A stretch of DNA of 64,000 nucleotides from an uncultured bacterium (GTDB taxonomy: Bacteria > Desulfobacterota_D > UBA1144 > Nemesobacterales > UBA2774). The first letter of the stretch is position 1, and each line of letters starts with the position of its first letter. The stretch covers positions 32,001 through 96,000 of the forward strand of contig CAVPJU010000001.1 of NCBI GenBank assembly GCA_963705505.1. Reading direction: 5' to 3'. Positions 1 to 10,662 of the stretch are shown here, piece after piece. The notes under the pieces are model-generated. The model was not told the origin of the DNA. It ran no database searches and saw nothing but the letters and a program-made list of their open reading frames with translations. The translations under genes were made by a program, and so were the position numbers.

Positions 1-2
1 AC

Positions 3-284
3 GTTTTCCCGGGCATTGGGAGGAATAAAGAGTTTCTCAACGGAAGACCCGATTTTTACTCCGGGCTTGAACAATCGGCAGCTTCACACGGCGTCTCGCT
101 CGGCTCGACGGACGTCTTTCCAGCGGCGCGACAGATGACCGTGACCAGGTTTTCCGCGACGAGGCTGGGAATACCTTCGATGCAGCTCGAGATAAACCAA
201 AGCCTGAGACAGCCCGAAAGTTCGCCTGCGGATTTTATGAAGCTCGTGAATTTTCTCAAGGAGTTCATCGCGCGTCTTTATTGA
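3..284 (+). CDS. 3' end of a gene entering from the left edge; possibly N-formylglutamate amidohydrolase-like
   Basis: Not in the ORF track (no start in window). Open frame from base 3 to TGA at 282-284: ...TRFSATRLGIPSMQLEINQSLRQPESSPADFMKLVNFLKEFIARLY*. The GIPSMQLEIN motif followed by a terminal helix resembles that hydrolase fold. Confidence 0.55.
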   Translation, partial: VFPGIGRNKEFLNGRPDFYSGLEQSAASHGVSLGSTDVFPAARQMTVTRFSATRLGIPSMQLEINQSLRQPESSPADFMKLVNFLKEFIARLY

Positions 285-3156
285 TCCGGCCTGCAAGCAC
301 CTCAGCGATATGCTTTACATCCCTTCCCGTGAAGTGCTCTATCTGATGCCTGCATGATACGCCCGAGACGGCGATAATTGTCCGTGCGGAAACTCCCCTG
401 ACGGCGGGGAATAACCGGTCTTCACCGATCGTCCTCGAGACCTCATAGTGCTCGCTCTCATATCCGAAGCTCCCCGCCATGCCGCAGCAGCCCGCGCCGC
501 TCTCCTTCGCCTGAATGCCCGCGAGCGTCAGCATCTCCATCGTCGCCTCGATTCCCGTAAGCGCTCTCTCGTGGCAGTGCCCGTGATAAAGGACTTCGGG
601 TGCGTCCTCTTTCCATTTGATATTGAGCCCGCTTTCTCTATTCACCCGATGTAAAAACTCCTCGAGCAGAAATGAGTTCCCGGCGAGTATCCTAGCGTCT
701 TCGCTCCCGGGTAGTAGGTCGGGATACTCGTCCCTGAACGTGAGGATGCAGCTCGGCTCCGTGCCGATTACAGGAATCCCCTGTCTCACAAAAGGGGCGA
801 GGAGCGCGACGTTCTTTTGCGCCCTCTCCCTCGCGGGCGTGATCAAGCCCTTGCTCAGCATGGGCCTGCCGCAGCAGACCCTCTCCCGTACGAGAATTAC
901 TTCAAACCCGGCCGCTTCGAGAAGCTCCACAGCCGACTTCCCCACACCGGGATGGTAAAACGAGACCCACGTATCGTGGAAAAAGACCGCCTTCCTGTTT
1001 GAATTTCGCGCTTTATCTCGCCTCCCGTAGAACCAGTCCGTGAAACTTTCGCGGGACAGCCGCGGGAGATTTCGTTTAGGGTGAATCCCGAGACGTGGCA
1101 GGAGCCCCATTGTGAAGAGGCTTCCGATTATGAGATTCGATAACCGCGGTGTTAGCGAGGCGATACGGCTCATCCCGTGTACGTCCGAGAAAAAACGGTC
1201 GCGGATACTCACGCCGTGCGCGGCATTATAATGGGTGAGGAATTCAGTCTTCATCTTCGCCGCATCGACTTTTGACGGGCACTCCGTTTTACACGCCTTG
1301 CACGATATGCAGAGGTCGAATACGCCGTGCATTTCCTCGCTGCCTAGTGTCTCTATATCAATTTTTCCCGAAAGCACCGCTCTTAACGCATTGGCGCGCG
1401 CCCTCGTCGTGTCTCTCTCGTCTCGTGTGGCCATATACGAAGGGCACATGATCCCCTCGCCGAGCTTCCTGCACACCCCCTGCCCGTTACACATCCCGAC
1501 CCCTTCCGCAAAACCGTTATCGGACGACCAGTCGAGGTGCGTCCTGATTTCAATCGAGCCCGATTTTTTCCCGTATCTCAGGTTCTCGTCGGGCTTGAGA
1601 GGGTCGACGACCTTTCCGGGATTGAATGTGCCGCCGGGATCGAACGCGGCTTTAAGCTCCCTCATCGCCCCGTAAAGCTCCTTACCGAAGAGCCTCTCGT
1701 TTAGATAGCTCCTCTGGAGGCCGTCCCCGTGCTCCCCGCTCATCACGCCCCCGTATTTAAGTGCGAGCTTGAAGGCCTCGTCCATGAGCTCTTTCATTAT
1801 ATGTACGCCCTCTCCCGTTTTCAGGTTCACGAGAGGCCTTATGTGGAGGCAGCCCGCGCTCGCGTGCCCGTAAAATCCGGCCGTCGTCCCGAGCCGTCTG
1901 ATGAGCTCCGACACATCGCGCACGTATTCCGGGAGCGTACCGACGGGCACGGAGACGTCCTCTATGCACGGTATCGGCTTGTGGTCGTCCCTCCTGCTCA
2001 TCATGATCCCGAGCCCCGCCCTCCTCACTCCCCACACGTTTGACTGCTCTTCCGGCCTGAGCGCGAAATTGATTTTGCACCCTACATTTAAAGATGACGC
2101 AAGCGTGTCGGTCTTACTTTTTACCTCTCCTTCGCTCTCTCCGTAGAATTCAACGACGAGAAGGGCCTCCGGTTCCCCCTCGACGAACGAGAGCATGTTT
2201 CTATAACCCGCGTGCGCTCTTGTCAGATTGATGAGCATCGAGTCTATAAGCTCGATCGCAGACGGGTTCCGCTCTAAAATCTTAGGTACAGCTTCCATTG
2301 CGGAGACGATGCTGCCGAACTGAAGTATGGCTAGTCCGGTGAATGCGGGCCTCGGCACGAGATTGAGCGTGAATTCAGTGGCGATACCGAGCGTACCCTC
2401 CGATCCCGCGAGCAGCTTCGCCGGATTAAACGGGGAATCGAGGAAATAGTTGAGGCTGTAGCCGGACGCCCTCCTCCAGTGCTTCGGGAAGTCCCTTTTT
2501 ATCGCGTCCGAATATTTCTCACGGAGAGAGACGAGTTTTTTTAACAGATCGCCTCCGGGTCCGTTCGATTTTATGTGCGGACGAAGCTCGTTTTCGCTTA
2601 GGGCGCGAAGTTCCGTAAGACCGTTTTTACCGGTCAGGATTTTTGCCCCCGCGACGTTGTCCCCCGCCATACCGTAGAGGATGGAATGCGCCCCCGTGGC
2701 GTTATTGCCGACGACGCCTCCCGCGGTCGCTATTCTCACCGTGGACGGGTCCGGGCCGAACATCAGGCCGTACGGTTTCGAACTGTGGTTCAATTGCTCT
2801 ATGTAAATACCGGGCTGCACCCGGGCCGTTCTTGCTTCGGGATTTATTTCAATTACGTTGTTCATGTACTTTGAAAAATCGATGACCAGGGCCTCTCCCA
2901 CCGCCTGCCCTGCCAGGCTCGTGCCTCCCCCCCTCGGGAGTATCGCGACACCGGATTTTACGGCGATCTCGACGGCATTCGAGACATCCTCTTCGGTGCG
3001 TGGTATAACCACGCCGACGGGCTCTATCTCGTAATTGCTGGCGTCCGTGCTGTAGAGTGTCCTGCTCAGTCGATCAAAGCGCACTTCGCCCGTGATGTCC
3101 TTTTTCAGCAAAGCTTCGAGTTCGGATCGAGTGCGTGTTCCGGACGTATTCGGCAT
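265..3156 (-). CDS. FAD-binding / Fe-S oxidoreductase (GlcD+GlcF fusion, YdiJ/Dld-like 2-hydroxyacid dehydrogenase family)
   Basis: PRGGGTSLAGQ FAD motif, GEHGDG, CNGQGVC and CISCKACKTECP Fe-S motifs, two CCG domains. Start placed at ATG 3156 (MPNTSG) rather than the ORF-track start. Confidence 0.9.
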   Translation of the reverse strand: MPNTSGTRTRSELEALLKKDITGEVRFDRLSRTLYSTDASNYEIEPVGVVIPRTEEDVSNAVEIAVKSGVAILPRGGGTSLAGQAVGEALVIDFSKYMNNVIEINPEARTARVQPGIYIEQLNHSSKPYGLMFGPDPSTVRIATAGGVVGNNATGAHSILYGMAGDNVAGAKILTGKNGLTELRALSENELRPHIKSNGPGGDLLKKLVSLREKYSDAIKRDFPKHWRRASGYSLNYFLDSPFNPAKLLAGSEGTLGIATEFTLNLVPRPAFTGLAILQFGSIVSAMEAVPKILERNPSAIELIDSMLINLTRAHAGYRNMLSFVEGEPEALLVVEFYGESEGEVKSKTDTLASSLNVGCKINFALRPEEQSNVWGVRRAGLGIMMSRRDDHKPIPCIEDVSVPVGTLPEYVRDVSELIRRLGTTAGFYGHASAGCLHIRPLVNLKTGEGVHIMKELMDEAFKLALKYGGVMSGEHGDGLQRSYLNERLFGKELYGAMRELKAAFDPGGTFNPGKVVDPLKPDENLRYGKKSGSIEIRTHLDWSSDNGFAEGVGMCNGQGVCRKLGEGIMCPSYMATRDERDTTRARANALRAVLSGKIDIETLGSEEMHGVFDLCISCKACKTECPSKVDAAKMKTEFLTHYNAAHGVSIRDRFFSDVHGMSRIASLTPRLSNLIIGSLFTMGLLPRLGIHPKRNLPRLSRESFTDWFYGRRDKARNSNRKAVFFHDTWVSFYHPGVGKSAVELLEAAGFEVILVRERVCCGRPMLSKGLITPARERAQKNVALLAPFVRQGIPVIGTEPSCILTFRDEYPDLLPGSEDARILAGNSFLLEEFLHRVNRESGLNIKWKEDAPEVLYHGHCHERALTGIEATMEMLTLAGIQAKESGAGCCGMAGSFGYESEHYEVSRTIGEDRLFPAVRGVSARTIIAVSGVSCRHQIEHFTGRDVKHIAEVLAGRINKDAR

Positions 3157-3340
3157 AGGCGCGATTAGTATAACTTGCCGCTCGGTGAAATATCCAATTC
3201 CGGACTCAGGCACAAGGCCGCTCGCCGTTCATAGTTCCGGACATTACAGACTTTAGAAAAATACTGGTATCATAAACAGATTTCAAAAAGCGCCTATTTC
3301 ACAGGCGCGCCGGGTATCGACCGTACACAAAAGACCTTAT

Positions 3341-3994
3341 ATGAAAGTTGCAATTGTTCCCGTAAAAGACCTCTCGAAAGCCAAGGAAAGACTGTCCTCG
3401 ATTCTGCCCCAGGACGTGAGGACAGACCTCGCCTACGCGATGCTTGAGGACGTTCTTACCGCTCTCACCGGTTCAAAGCTCCTCGACCGCATTTTTGTCG
3501 TGACTATGGACAGGAATGCCATAAGGATAGCCGAAGGCATGGGGATCGAAGTCATCGAGGAGACCGAGCAGAACGGGGAGAGCGACTCGGTCGACAAAGC
3601 GTCGCTAATCTGTAAGGATATGGGAGCCGAATCAGTGCTCGTTATTCCCGGCGACGCGCCGCTTATAAAAGCCGAGGACATCGATTTCATTATGGGAAAG
3701 GAATCAGGGTCTCCCTCCGTGATACTCGTCCCTGCGAGGGACAGGATGGGGACGAACGCCATACTCAGGAATCCGCCCGACGCGATCCCTTCACGCTTCG
3801 GTCACGACAGCTTCAGGAAGCACATAGACGAGGCCGGGAAAAGGGACATCCCCGTCGAGACATTTGAGAACGAGAGGGTAGGGCTCGATATCGACCATCC
3901 GGACGATTTAAAAATGTTCGCTTCCGTGAAGAGCGATACCAGGACCTACAGCTTACTTTCCAGAAAGAATATTCTCGCAAAGATTACGGGATAA
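3341..3994 (+). CDS. cofC: 2-phospho-L-lactate/phosphoenolpyruvate guanylyltransferase (F420 biosynthesis)
   Basis: AIVPVKDLSKAKERLS N-terminus, AMLEDVL, IPGDAP, GTNA, RFGHDSFRKH and GLDIDHPDDL motifs of CofC/FbiD. Confidence 0.92.
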   Translation: MKVAIVPVKDLSKAKERLSSILPQDVRTDLAYAMLEDVLTALTGSKLLDRIFVVTMDRNAIRIAEGMGIEVIEETEQNGESDSVDKASLICKDMGAESVLVIPGDAPLIKAEDIDFIMGKESGSPSVILVPARDRMGTNAILRNPPDAIPSRFGHDSFRKHIDEAGKRDIPVETFENERVGLDIDHPDDLKMFASVKSDTRTYSLLSRKNILAKITG

Positions 3995-4023
3995 ACAATC
4001 CGGCGTTTAAAAATTAGTCCGCC

Positions 4024-5457
4024 TCAATAATTCAGGTTGACGACCATGAGTTTAAGCTCGGTCATCTCCTCGATCGCATACCGCACCCCTTCTTTCCCCA
4101 CGCCCGAGTCTTTGACCCCTCCGTAGGGCATGTTCTCCACGCGAAAGCTCGGGTAGTCGTTGACTATAACCCCCCCCACCTCGAGCGCGCCGTAGGCCTT
4201 AAACGCCTTTTTCATGTCCTTTGTAAATACACCGGCCTGGAGACCGTATCGGGAATTATTGACTTCATTAAGCGCTTCGTCGAAGTCCCTGTACCTCTCC
4301 ACGTGAACGACGGGTCCGAACACCTCTCCCGAGCTCACGTCGCATCTGTGAGGGACTCCCGTCAATACCGTAGGCTCGATGAGCGAGCCGTCCCTCCTTC
4401 CGCCTGTAATGAGCTTCGCCCCGCTATCGAGTGCGTCTTCGATCCACCTCATTATCCTGTCCGCTGACGCCGTATCTATGACGGGCCCAACGTCTGTATC
4501 TTCGAGCATAGGGTCGCCCAGCCTGAGCTTCTTTGTCTCTTCGGTGAACTTGCTCATGAACTTGTCGAAGACCTTTTCATGCACGTACATTCTCTGCACG
4601 GATATACAGCTCTGCCCCGCCTGGTAGAACGCACCCCATGCGTTCCTGCTCGCCGCGAAGTCGAGGTCGGGCGGGTCCTCGTCGATTATCGTCGCCGCGT
4701 TCCCTCCGAGCTCGAGCGTTACTTTCTTTTTAGGGTATTTCCGCATAAGCTCCCACCCTATCTCGTCGCTCCCCGTGAATGAAACCTTCTTTATTCTCTC
4801 GTCGTCTATCACTGCCTCTATCTCGGCTCCGGGCAGGGGCAGTATATTCAGCAGTCCCTCGGGCAGCCCGGCTTCGATCACGACCTCTCCCAGCGTGAGC
4901 GCCGAGAGCGGCGTCTGGGACGCGGGCTTGAGTATCATTGCGTTTCCCGAAGCTATCGACGGGGCGACTTTGTGGGCCACGAGGTTGAGCGGGAAGTTAA
5001 AGGGCGATATCCCCATCACTACCCCGAGCGGGAACCGTCTTGCGAGACCGAACATCCCTTCGTTCCCGGGCGCGATATCGATAGGCACCAGCTCGCCCTC
5101 GGCGAACCTGTTCGCTTCCTCCGCGGCGACCGAGAACGTAATCACTGCCCTGCTCACTTCAACCCTCGCTGTCTTGAGCGGCTTTCCGCCCTCTAAGACC
5201 AGTATCTTGGCGAATTCCTCTTTCCTCTTGCCGATTCCCTCGGCGATTTTTCTCAATATTCGGCTCCGCTCGTGACTGGGGCTCGACCTGAATTTCTCAA
5301 ACGCGCTCTCCGCGAATCCTATCGACTCGATAGCCTTCGCCCGGTCGGGGATGTTTATTATTCCCGCGACCTCTCCGTTATAAGGGCTTTTTATTTCTTT
5401 TTTCTTCCCGCTTTTTAACCATTTCCCGTTAATGAGGTATCCGTATTCCTTAGGCAT
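4024..5457 (-). CDS. NAD(P)-dependent aldehyde dehydrogenase (lactaldehyde dehydrogenase/GapN-like subgroup)
   Basis: ISPFNFPLNLVAHKVAP, FTGS, LELGGN, catalytic Cys in AGQSCISVQR, EVFGPV, MPYGGVKDSG. Confidence 0.92.
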   Translation of the reverse strand: MPKEYGYLINGKWLKSGKKKEIKSPYNGEVAGIINIPDRAKAIESIGFAESAFEKFRSSPSHERSRILRKIAEGIGKRKEEFAKILVLEGGKPLKTARVEVSRAVITFSVAAEEANRFAEGELVPIDIAPGNEGMFGLARRFPLGVVMGISPFNFPLNLVAHKVAPSIASGNAMILKPASQTPLSALTLGEVVIEAGLPEGLLNILPLPGAEIEAVIDDERIKKVSFTGSDEIGWELMRKYPKKKVTLELGGNAATIIDEDPPDLDFAASRNAWGAFYQAGQSCISVQRMYVHEKVFDKFMSKFTEETKKLRLGDPMLEDTDVGPVIDTASADRIMRWIEDALDSGAKLITGGRRDGSLIEPTVLTGVPHRCDVSSGEVFGPVVHVERYRDFDEALNEVNNSRYGLQAGVFTKDMKKAFKAYGALEVGGVIVNDYPSFRVENMPYGGVKDSGVGKEGVRYAIEEMTELKLMVVNLNY

Positions 5458-5686
5458 TTCGCCGCTCCTGTTGTTGTGTAGATTACCGATTATTATAAGG
5501 CTTATTTAAATCTTACTCTATCACGCCTGACCGCTGAAGGGAATTTTTCCGTATTGTATTTCGATTGGATACATTGTCCCCGTGTTGCGCCGGGAGTGAA
5601 CGGGATTGAGAAGTATTAGATACGAATAGGATATTGAGATTTTCAAGGCTGGTGAATTTTAAGGTAGACGCTTAAACACAAATATC

Positions 5687-6520
5687 TCAGATTTCCAGAA
5701 TATCGAGCCTCGCCTTTTCCTTTATTATCCCCTTCTCGTAAGCCCTGTTGAAAAGATACTCTAGCGCGCCTTTGCCCTTTTCCCCTAGCTCCCGCGTGTA
5801 TTCGTTCACGTACATGAGGACGAATTTCTCCCCGACGTCTTCCTTCATCCCGCGGCCGTACTCAAGCGCATATTCGAGCGCTTCGTCTTTATGAGCGAGC
5901 CCGTACTCTATGCTCTCCTTATGGGCCCTCAGTATCTCCTTCTGAAGCGCTTCACCGATGTCCCGCTTCACGACGTTTAAGCCGAGCGGAAGCGGAAGTG
6001 TAGTGTCTTTCGCCCAGAGCTCGCCTATGTCAAAGAGCATCCTGAGCCCGAAATCCTTATACGTGAGCTGTCCCTCGTGTATAAGCAGTCCCGTCTCTAT
6101 ATCTCCCCCGGCGACGGCCGGCATTATCTCGTCGAAGGGCATCTCCACGGGTATGAATCCGTCGGCGTATAAAGAGAGGAGGAGGTATGCTGATGTCAGT
6201 TTCCCCGGGACGCCTATCTCTTTCCCTTCGAGACTCTCCACAGGCTCTTTCGAGACGACTATAGGCCCGTAGCCTTCCCCCATGCTCGCCCCGCAGGAAA
6301 GTATTCTGTAATCGTCCTGCACCTTGAGATAGCCGTGCGCCGATATAGCAGTAACATCGAGCTCTTTATTGAGCGCGCGTCTGTTGAGCGACTGTATGTC
6401 CTCTATCACATGGACGAAGTCGATTCTGTCGGAAACGACCTTTCCCTTGGCGAGCCCGTAAAACATGAATGCGTCGTCCGCATCGGGGCTGTGTCCGAGT
6501 CTCATCGTTATTCTGCTCAA
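5687..6520 (-). CDS. mqnD: 1,4-dihydroxy-6-naphthoate synthase (futalosine menaquinone pathway)
   Basis: LGHSPDADDAFMFY, GASMGEGYGP, LLIHEGQLTY, LPLPLG, MYVNEYT. TTG start; adjacent to mqnA. Confidence 0.9.
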   Translation of the reverse strand: MSRITMRLGHSPDADDAFMFYGLAKGKVVSDRIDFVHVIEDIQSLNRRALNKELDVTAISAHGYLKVQDDYRILSCGASMGEGYGPIVVSKEPVESLEGKEIGVPGKLTSAYLLLSLYADGFIPVEMPFDEIMPAVAGGDIETGLLIHEGQLTYKDFGLRMLFDIGELWAKDTTLPLPLGLNVVKRDIGEALQKEILRAHKESIEYGLAHKDEALEYALEYGRGMKEDVGEKFVLMYVNEYTRELGEKGKGALEYLFNRAYEKGIIKEKARLDILEI

Positions 6521-6544
6521 TTTGTGTCTCCTTTGAGTTTTTCC

Positions 6545-7351
6545 CTATTGAGAATATATTGCAACGCGCGATATCTTTTCGCTCTCTCCCAGTCGGGAGA
6601 GATATTCACTGTATTTGATTATCCCGCGGGTCTCATTTTCCCCGAGGCCGTACCTTATCCTTTCGGTGAGATATTTATAGCATATCGATTCATCGAGTCC
6701 CGTCCTCACCGATTCGAGCTTCGCTATTTTCCCTGCAATGCCGAGTCCGTATTCCTTGGATTGATGAAGGGCGTCCAGGTTCTCCCCGAGCGCTACACCC
6801 TCGTTTACGGCGAATACCGCGTATACGAAAGGCAGCCCGGTTTCCGCAGTCCATATCTCACCGAGGTCAAAGACGCTCCAGCCTTCCGGGGGAGAATGGG
6901 TTATTTCGAGTCCCGTATCACCTATTATCATCCCCGCGTCGACGTCTTTTAAAAAATCGTCTCCCGTGTCCCTCGATATATAATCGGGAGAAAGGTTATG
7001 GAAAATCTGGAGGATTACCTTTAAAAGCGCTGTAGAGCTCTGTGACCTCCTGTCGACGGCGACCCGCTTGATGCCCTCGAGCCCGCCCTTTGCGAGCAGC
7101 ACGACGCTGTCCACCTTTCCGTTGGACGAGATCGAGATGTCGGGTACCGCGGTGTATGTCTTTCTCTTGAGGAACTCTGCGACCGGGATAAGCCCGAGGT
7201 CGATTTCTTTTTTCGACAGCAGCAACGAAAGTTGGGAAGGCGGAGTACGCGTTATATCGAAGTCGTGCCTGATCAGTCCCTGCTCGAGGGCGAACGTAAG
7301 CGGTTTTGCATTCATGAATGAAACAGAGCCTAGCTTTATCACTTTATGCAC
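6545..7351 (-). CDS. mqnA: Chorismate dehydratase (futalosine pathway)
   Basis: LGSVSFMNAKPL, ISSNGKVDSV, SQSSTALLK, IIGD, DLGEIW...TGLPFVYAV. Confidence 0.88.
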   Translation of the reverse strand: MHKVIKLGSVSFMNAKPLTFALEQGLIRHDFDITRTPPSQLSLLLSKKEIDLGLIPVAEFLKRKTYTAVPDISISSNGKVDSVVLLAKGGLEGIKRVAVDRRSQSSTALLKVILQIFHNLSPDYISRDTGDDFLKDVDAGMIIGDTGLEITHSPPEGWSVFDLGEIWTAETGLPFVYAVFAVNEGVALGENLDALHQSKEYGLGIAGKIAKLESVRTGLDESICYKYLTERIRYGLGENETRGIIKYSEYLSRLGESEKISRVAIYSQ

Positions 7352-7434
7352 CTGTGCTATGTAGAGCTAAGGGGTTTATTTTGAGAGTTACGGTTATTTT
7401 ACAAAGATTATAAGGTTACCTGAATTGAGTAATA

Positions 7435-8484
7435 TTAAAATGTGCTCAAATCCCCCTGCCATCTCCTGGGGAGGAATATGCTTTCATACATGCTGATCGC
7501 GTAAGAATCCGTCATGCCCGCTATGAAATCGCAGACCGAGCGCTCGATAGGCTCTCCCTCCCTCCGGTCCTTATTATAATATTTGCGGAGCTCATCCTCG
7601 TTTTCACAAAAGTACTGGTATAGCTCCCTTATAACCTTCTTCGCTTTGAGGAAGTTGTTCTTTATCTTCTCGTTCATATAGACCGTGTTGAAGAGATATG
7701 CCCTCAGCTCCACCATGGCATTTTCCACTTCGGCGCTCGCAGCCACTTTCTCGCCCTCATATTTGAGTGTCTCCGTGATTATATCGGTGACCATCCTGTT
7801 TATCCTTTCGGAATTAGTCCTGCCGAGCGCGCTCACGCACTCTTTGGGAACGTCCTCAATCGTTATGATGCCTGCACGTATGGCGTCGTCGAGGTCGTGG
7901 TTCGCGTAAGCGACGAGGTCTGAGACCCTTACGACCTGGCCTTCCAGAGTCTCCGGGCGGTATTTCGGGTTATCGACCGCTCCCATCCCCTTCGAATGCT
8001 TTGCTATGCCGTCCCTCACTTCATACGTGAGGTTGAGCCCCCTCCCGCCCTTTTCGAGCACATCGACGACACGGAGGCTGTGTATCACGTGCTTGAACCC
8101 TCCGGGGAATATCTCGTTCAGCGCCGCCTCTCCCGCGTGGCCGAACGGTGTGTGCCCCAGGTCGTGCCCGAGCGCGATCGCCTCCGTAAGGTCTTCGTTC
8201 AACCTAAGCGCCTTCGATATGGTCCGCGCGATCTGGGAAACTTCGATCACGTGTGTGAGCCTCGTCCTGTAATGGTCGTCCGTCGGGGAAAGGAATACCT
8301 GGGTCTTGTGCTTCATCCTCCTGAATGATTTCGAATGTATAATCCTGTCCCTGTCCCTCTGATAATCCGTGCGTATCGAGCAGGGCTCTTCGGGCACCAT
8401 CCTCCCCTTCGTCTCCGCGCTGAGCGCGGCGTAGGGGGAAAGTATTTGTCTTTCGATCTCTTCTGATTGTTCTCTTATGTTCAT
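7435..8484 (-). CDS. dgt: Deoxyguanosinetriphosphate triphosphohydrolase (HD domain)
   Basis: RTDYQRDRDRIIHSKSFRRMKHKTQVF, RTRLTH, HDLGHTPFGHAGE, DFIAGMTD. Confidence 0.93.
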   Translation of the reverse strand: MNIREQSEEIERQILSPYAALSAETKGRMVPEEPCSIRTDYQRDRDRIIHSKSFRRMKHKTQVFLSPTDDHYRTRLTHVIEVSQIARTISKALRLNEDLTEAIALGHDLGHTPFGHAGEAALNEIFPGGFKHVIHSLRVVDVLEKGGRGLNLTYEVRDGIAKHSKGMGAVDNPKYRPETLEGQVVRVSDLVAYANHDLDDAIRAGIITIEDVPKECVSALGRTNSERINRMVTDIITETLKYEGEKVAASAEVENAMVELRAYLFNTVYMNEKIKNNFLKAKKVIRELYQYFCENEDELRKYYNKDRREGEPIERSVCDFIAGMTDSYAISMYESIFLPRRWQGDLSTF

Positions 8485-8497
8485 ATGTAACCCCGCC

Positions 8498-9256
8498 TCA
8501 GAGCCTTACCGATATCCCCTTCGAGTCCATGAATTCCTTCGCTTCGTTAATGGAATGCTCCCCGTAGTGGAATATCGATGCGACGAGCACAGCGTCGGCC
8601 TCTCCTTCCTTCACCCCCTCGGAAAGGTGCTCCAGGCTGCCCGCCCCCCCCGAGGCTATAACGGGTATCGAGACCGCCCGCGAGACAGCCCTCGTGAGAG
8701 GGATGTCGTAACCCGATTTCGTCCCGTCCTTGTCCATGCTCGTAAGGAGTATCTCCCCCGCGCCGTAGGACTCCATTTTCCTCGCCCATTCGAGCGCGTC
8801 TATTCCGGTCGGGTTCCTCCCCCCGTGAGTATATACTTCCCATTTCCCCGGGGATACGCGCCTCGCGTCTATCGCCACGACGATGCACTGGCTCCCGAAC
8901 CTTTTCGCCGCTTCCCTGACGAATTCCGGGTCCTTCACAGCGGCCGTGTTTATAGAAACCTTGTCCGCTCCCGCGAGAAGCAGCTGCCTCACGTCCTCGA
9001 GCGTCCTCACGCCGCCGCCTACGGTGAGTGGCACGAAGACCTCTCCCGCCGTCCTCTGCACGACGTCTATCATCGTCTTCCTCTCTTCGTGGGAGGCGGT
9101 TATATCGAGGAAGCAGATTTCATCGGCGCCCTCGTCGCTGTATTTCTTCGCTATCTCGACCGGGTCGCCCGCGTCCCTTAAATTGACGAAATTGACGCCC
9201 TTCACGACCCTTCCGTCTTTCACATCGAGGCATGGAATTATTCTTTTCGATAACAT
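8498..9256 (-). CDS. hisF: Imidazole glycerol phosphate synthase cyclase subunit
   Basis: [40 protein letters not shown]. Confidence 0.97.
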   Translation of the reverse strand: MLSKRIIPCLDVKDGRVVKGVNFVNLRDAGDPVEIAKKYSDEGADEICFLDITASHEERKTMIDVVQRTAGEVFVPLTVGGGVRTLEDVRQLLLAGADKVSINTAAVKDPEFVREAAKRFGSQCIVVAIDARRVSPGKWEVYTHGGRNPTGIDALEWARKMESYGAGEILLTSMDKDGTKSGYDIPLTRAVSRAVSIPVIASGGAGSLEHLSEGVKEGEADAVLVASIFHYGEHSINEAKEFMDSKGISVRL

Positions 9257-9978
9257 TACGAGTACCTTCGAATTGCGTCCCTGAGATCGATACTTCCGGT
9301 ATAGATCGACTTCCCCAGTATCACCCCGTAGAGGCCTATGTTTTCGAGCGTCTTTAATTTGTCGAGGTCGCCTGTACTGGCAATCCCTCCCGATGCGATC
9401 ACGGGGAGGGGAGATGACATGATGAAATCCCTCGCCGCGTCTATATTGATTCCCTCCATCGTGCCGTCCCTGTCTATGTTCGTGTTCAGGATCACGGACA
9501 CGCCCGCGTCGTGGAGCTTACGGAGCACGTCTCCGGTGTCTGCGTCTATGACCTCTTTCCAGCCTTTGACGGCTATCTTTCCGTTCTTCGTGTCGATCCC
9601 GACGGCGATCCCCCCGGGGAATTCATCGCACGCCTTTCTCAAGAATTCATCGTCGGTAAATGCCGCCGTCCCCAATATCACCCTCTTTACCCCCAATCCG
9701 AAGTATTTCCTTACGGTATCGATATTCCTTATTCCCCCTCCGGCCTGAACAGGGCAGGAGACTTTAGCGGCTATAACTTTAATCACGTCGAGATTCTTAG
9801 GCTCTCCGGTGAAAGCCCCGTCGAGGTCCACGACGTGGATCCATTCCGCACCGCTTTCCTCCCACTTCCGGGCAATTTCTCCGGGGTATTCTGAGAACAC
9901 GGTCTCAGTCCCCTCTTCCCCCTTATAGAGCCTGACGCATTTTCCGTCCTTGAGGTCTATCGCAGGGATAATGTGCAT
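9256..9978 (-). CDS. hisA: ProFAR isomerase
   Basis: [39 protein letters not shown]. Stop overlaps the hisF start. Confidence 0.96.
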   Translation of the reverse strand: MHIIPAIDLKDGKCVRLYKGEEGTETVFSEYPGEIARKWEESGAEWIHVVDLDGAFTGEPKNLDVIKVIAAKVSCPVQAGGGIRNIDTVRKYFGLGVKRVILGTAAFTDDEFLRKACDEFPGGIAVGIDTKNGKIAVKGWKEVIDADTGDVLRKLHDAGVSVILNTNIDRDGTMEGINIDAARDFIMSSPLPVIASGGIASTGDLDKLKTLENIGLYGVILGKSIYTGSIDLRDAIRRYS

Positions 9979-10662
9979 TTAATTCTCCAGGAGGTACTGG
10001 TTGAACTGCTCTGCCGTCTTCCTCGCTCCCTCTTTTGCCAATTCATCGGCGGTTATCCACTTGCCGCCCCTCTTGAAGAACTTCTCTATCTCAAGCACGT
10101 TCTGGAACAGCGGCCTCTGCGTCTCGGTGAAATATGTCTCCCACAGCAGCTTGCCGCTCTTTGTATCGAGCACCTCTACACTGAATGTTACTCCGGCAGG
10201 AGATTCGACCCCTACTGCAGACCCCTGCCTTTCGTTATATTCCGAAATTACTCCGGTCATGACAGCGTCGACGCCTAGGCTCTTCCCCGCGGCCACGGCC
10301 TGGTCTCTGTAGTACGAAGTGGGGGTTTCTGCTTTTATCTTGGCAAATTCCTTATCCGATTGCTGAAGGGGTGTTATTTTAATGCGGTATGCATCGGCGG
10401 TGAGCGCATCATAGAGGGATACAGTCATGTATCTCTCCTTTTCGGCAACGGCCTCTTTGGGCATGGTTTCCGAGAGCCTGGATTTTGAGCTGAACGGTAT
10501 GAGGGCCAGAGACTTGATTTTCTCCTTCTCAAAAGTCTTCGTCTCCTCTTTTCCGTCCCCCTGACCGTAGGCCTTCCCTGCGGTGAAGAAAGCGTAATTT
10601 CCGAAAATTACGAATAATAACAGGAAAAGAGAGAGCAGCCTGCGTATTGTTGATGATTCCAT
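9979..10662 (-). CDS. Exported hypothetical protein (CsgG/LpoB/DUF799-like alpha/beta domain)
   Basis: N-terminal hydrophobic signal; SLALIPF, GKSLGVDAVMTGVISEY and DTKSGKLLW patterns. Abuts hisA. Confidence 0.7.
   Translation of the reverse strand: MESSTIRRLLSLFLLLFVIFGNYAFFTAGKAYGQGDGKEETKTFEKEKIKSLALIPFSSKSRLSETMPKEAVAEKERYMTVSLYDALTADAYRIKITPLQQSDKEFAKIKAETPTSYYRDQAVAAGKSLGVDAVMTGVISEYNERQGSAVGVESPAGVTFSVEVLDTKSGKLLWETYFTETQRPLFQNVLEIEKFFKRGGKWITADELAKEGARKTAEQFNQYLLEN

Noticed and set aside
56..296. Two 70-aa minus-strand ORFs at the left edge
   Set aside because: They are shadows of the plus-strand frame 3..284, which reads as a more plausible protein.
7435..8484. dGTPase as an anti-phage defence gene
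   Set aside because: It is the short housekeeping type embedded in the his-mqn gene run, with no defence-island context.
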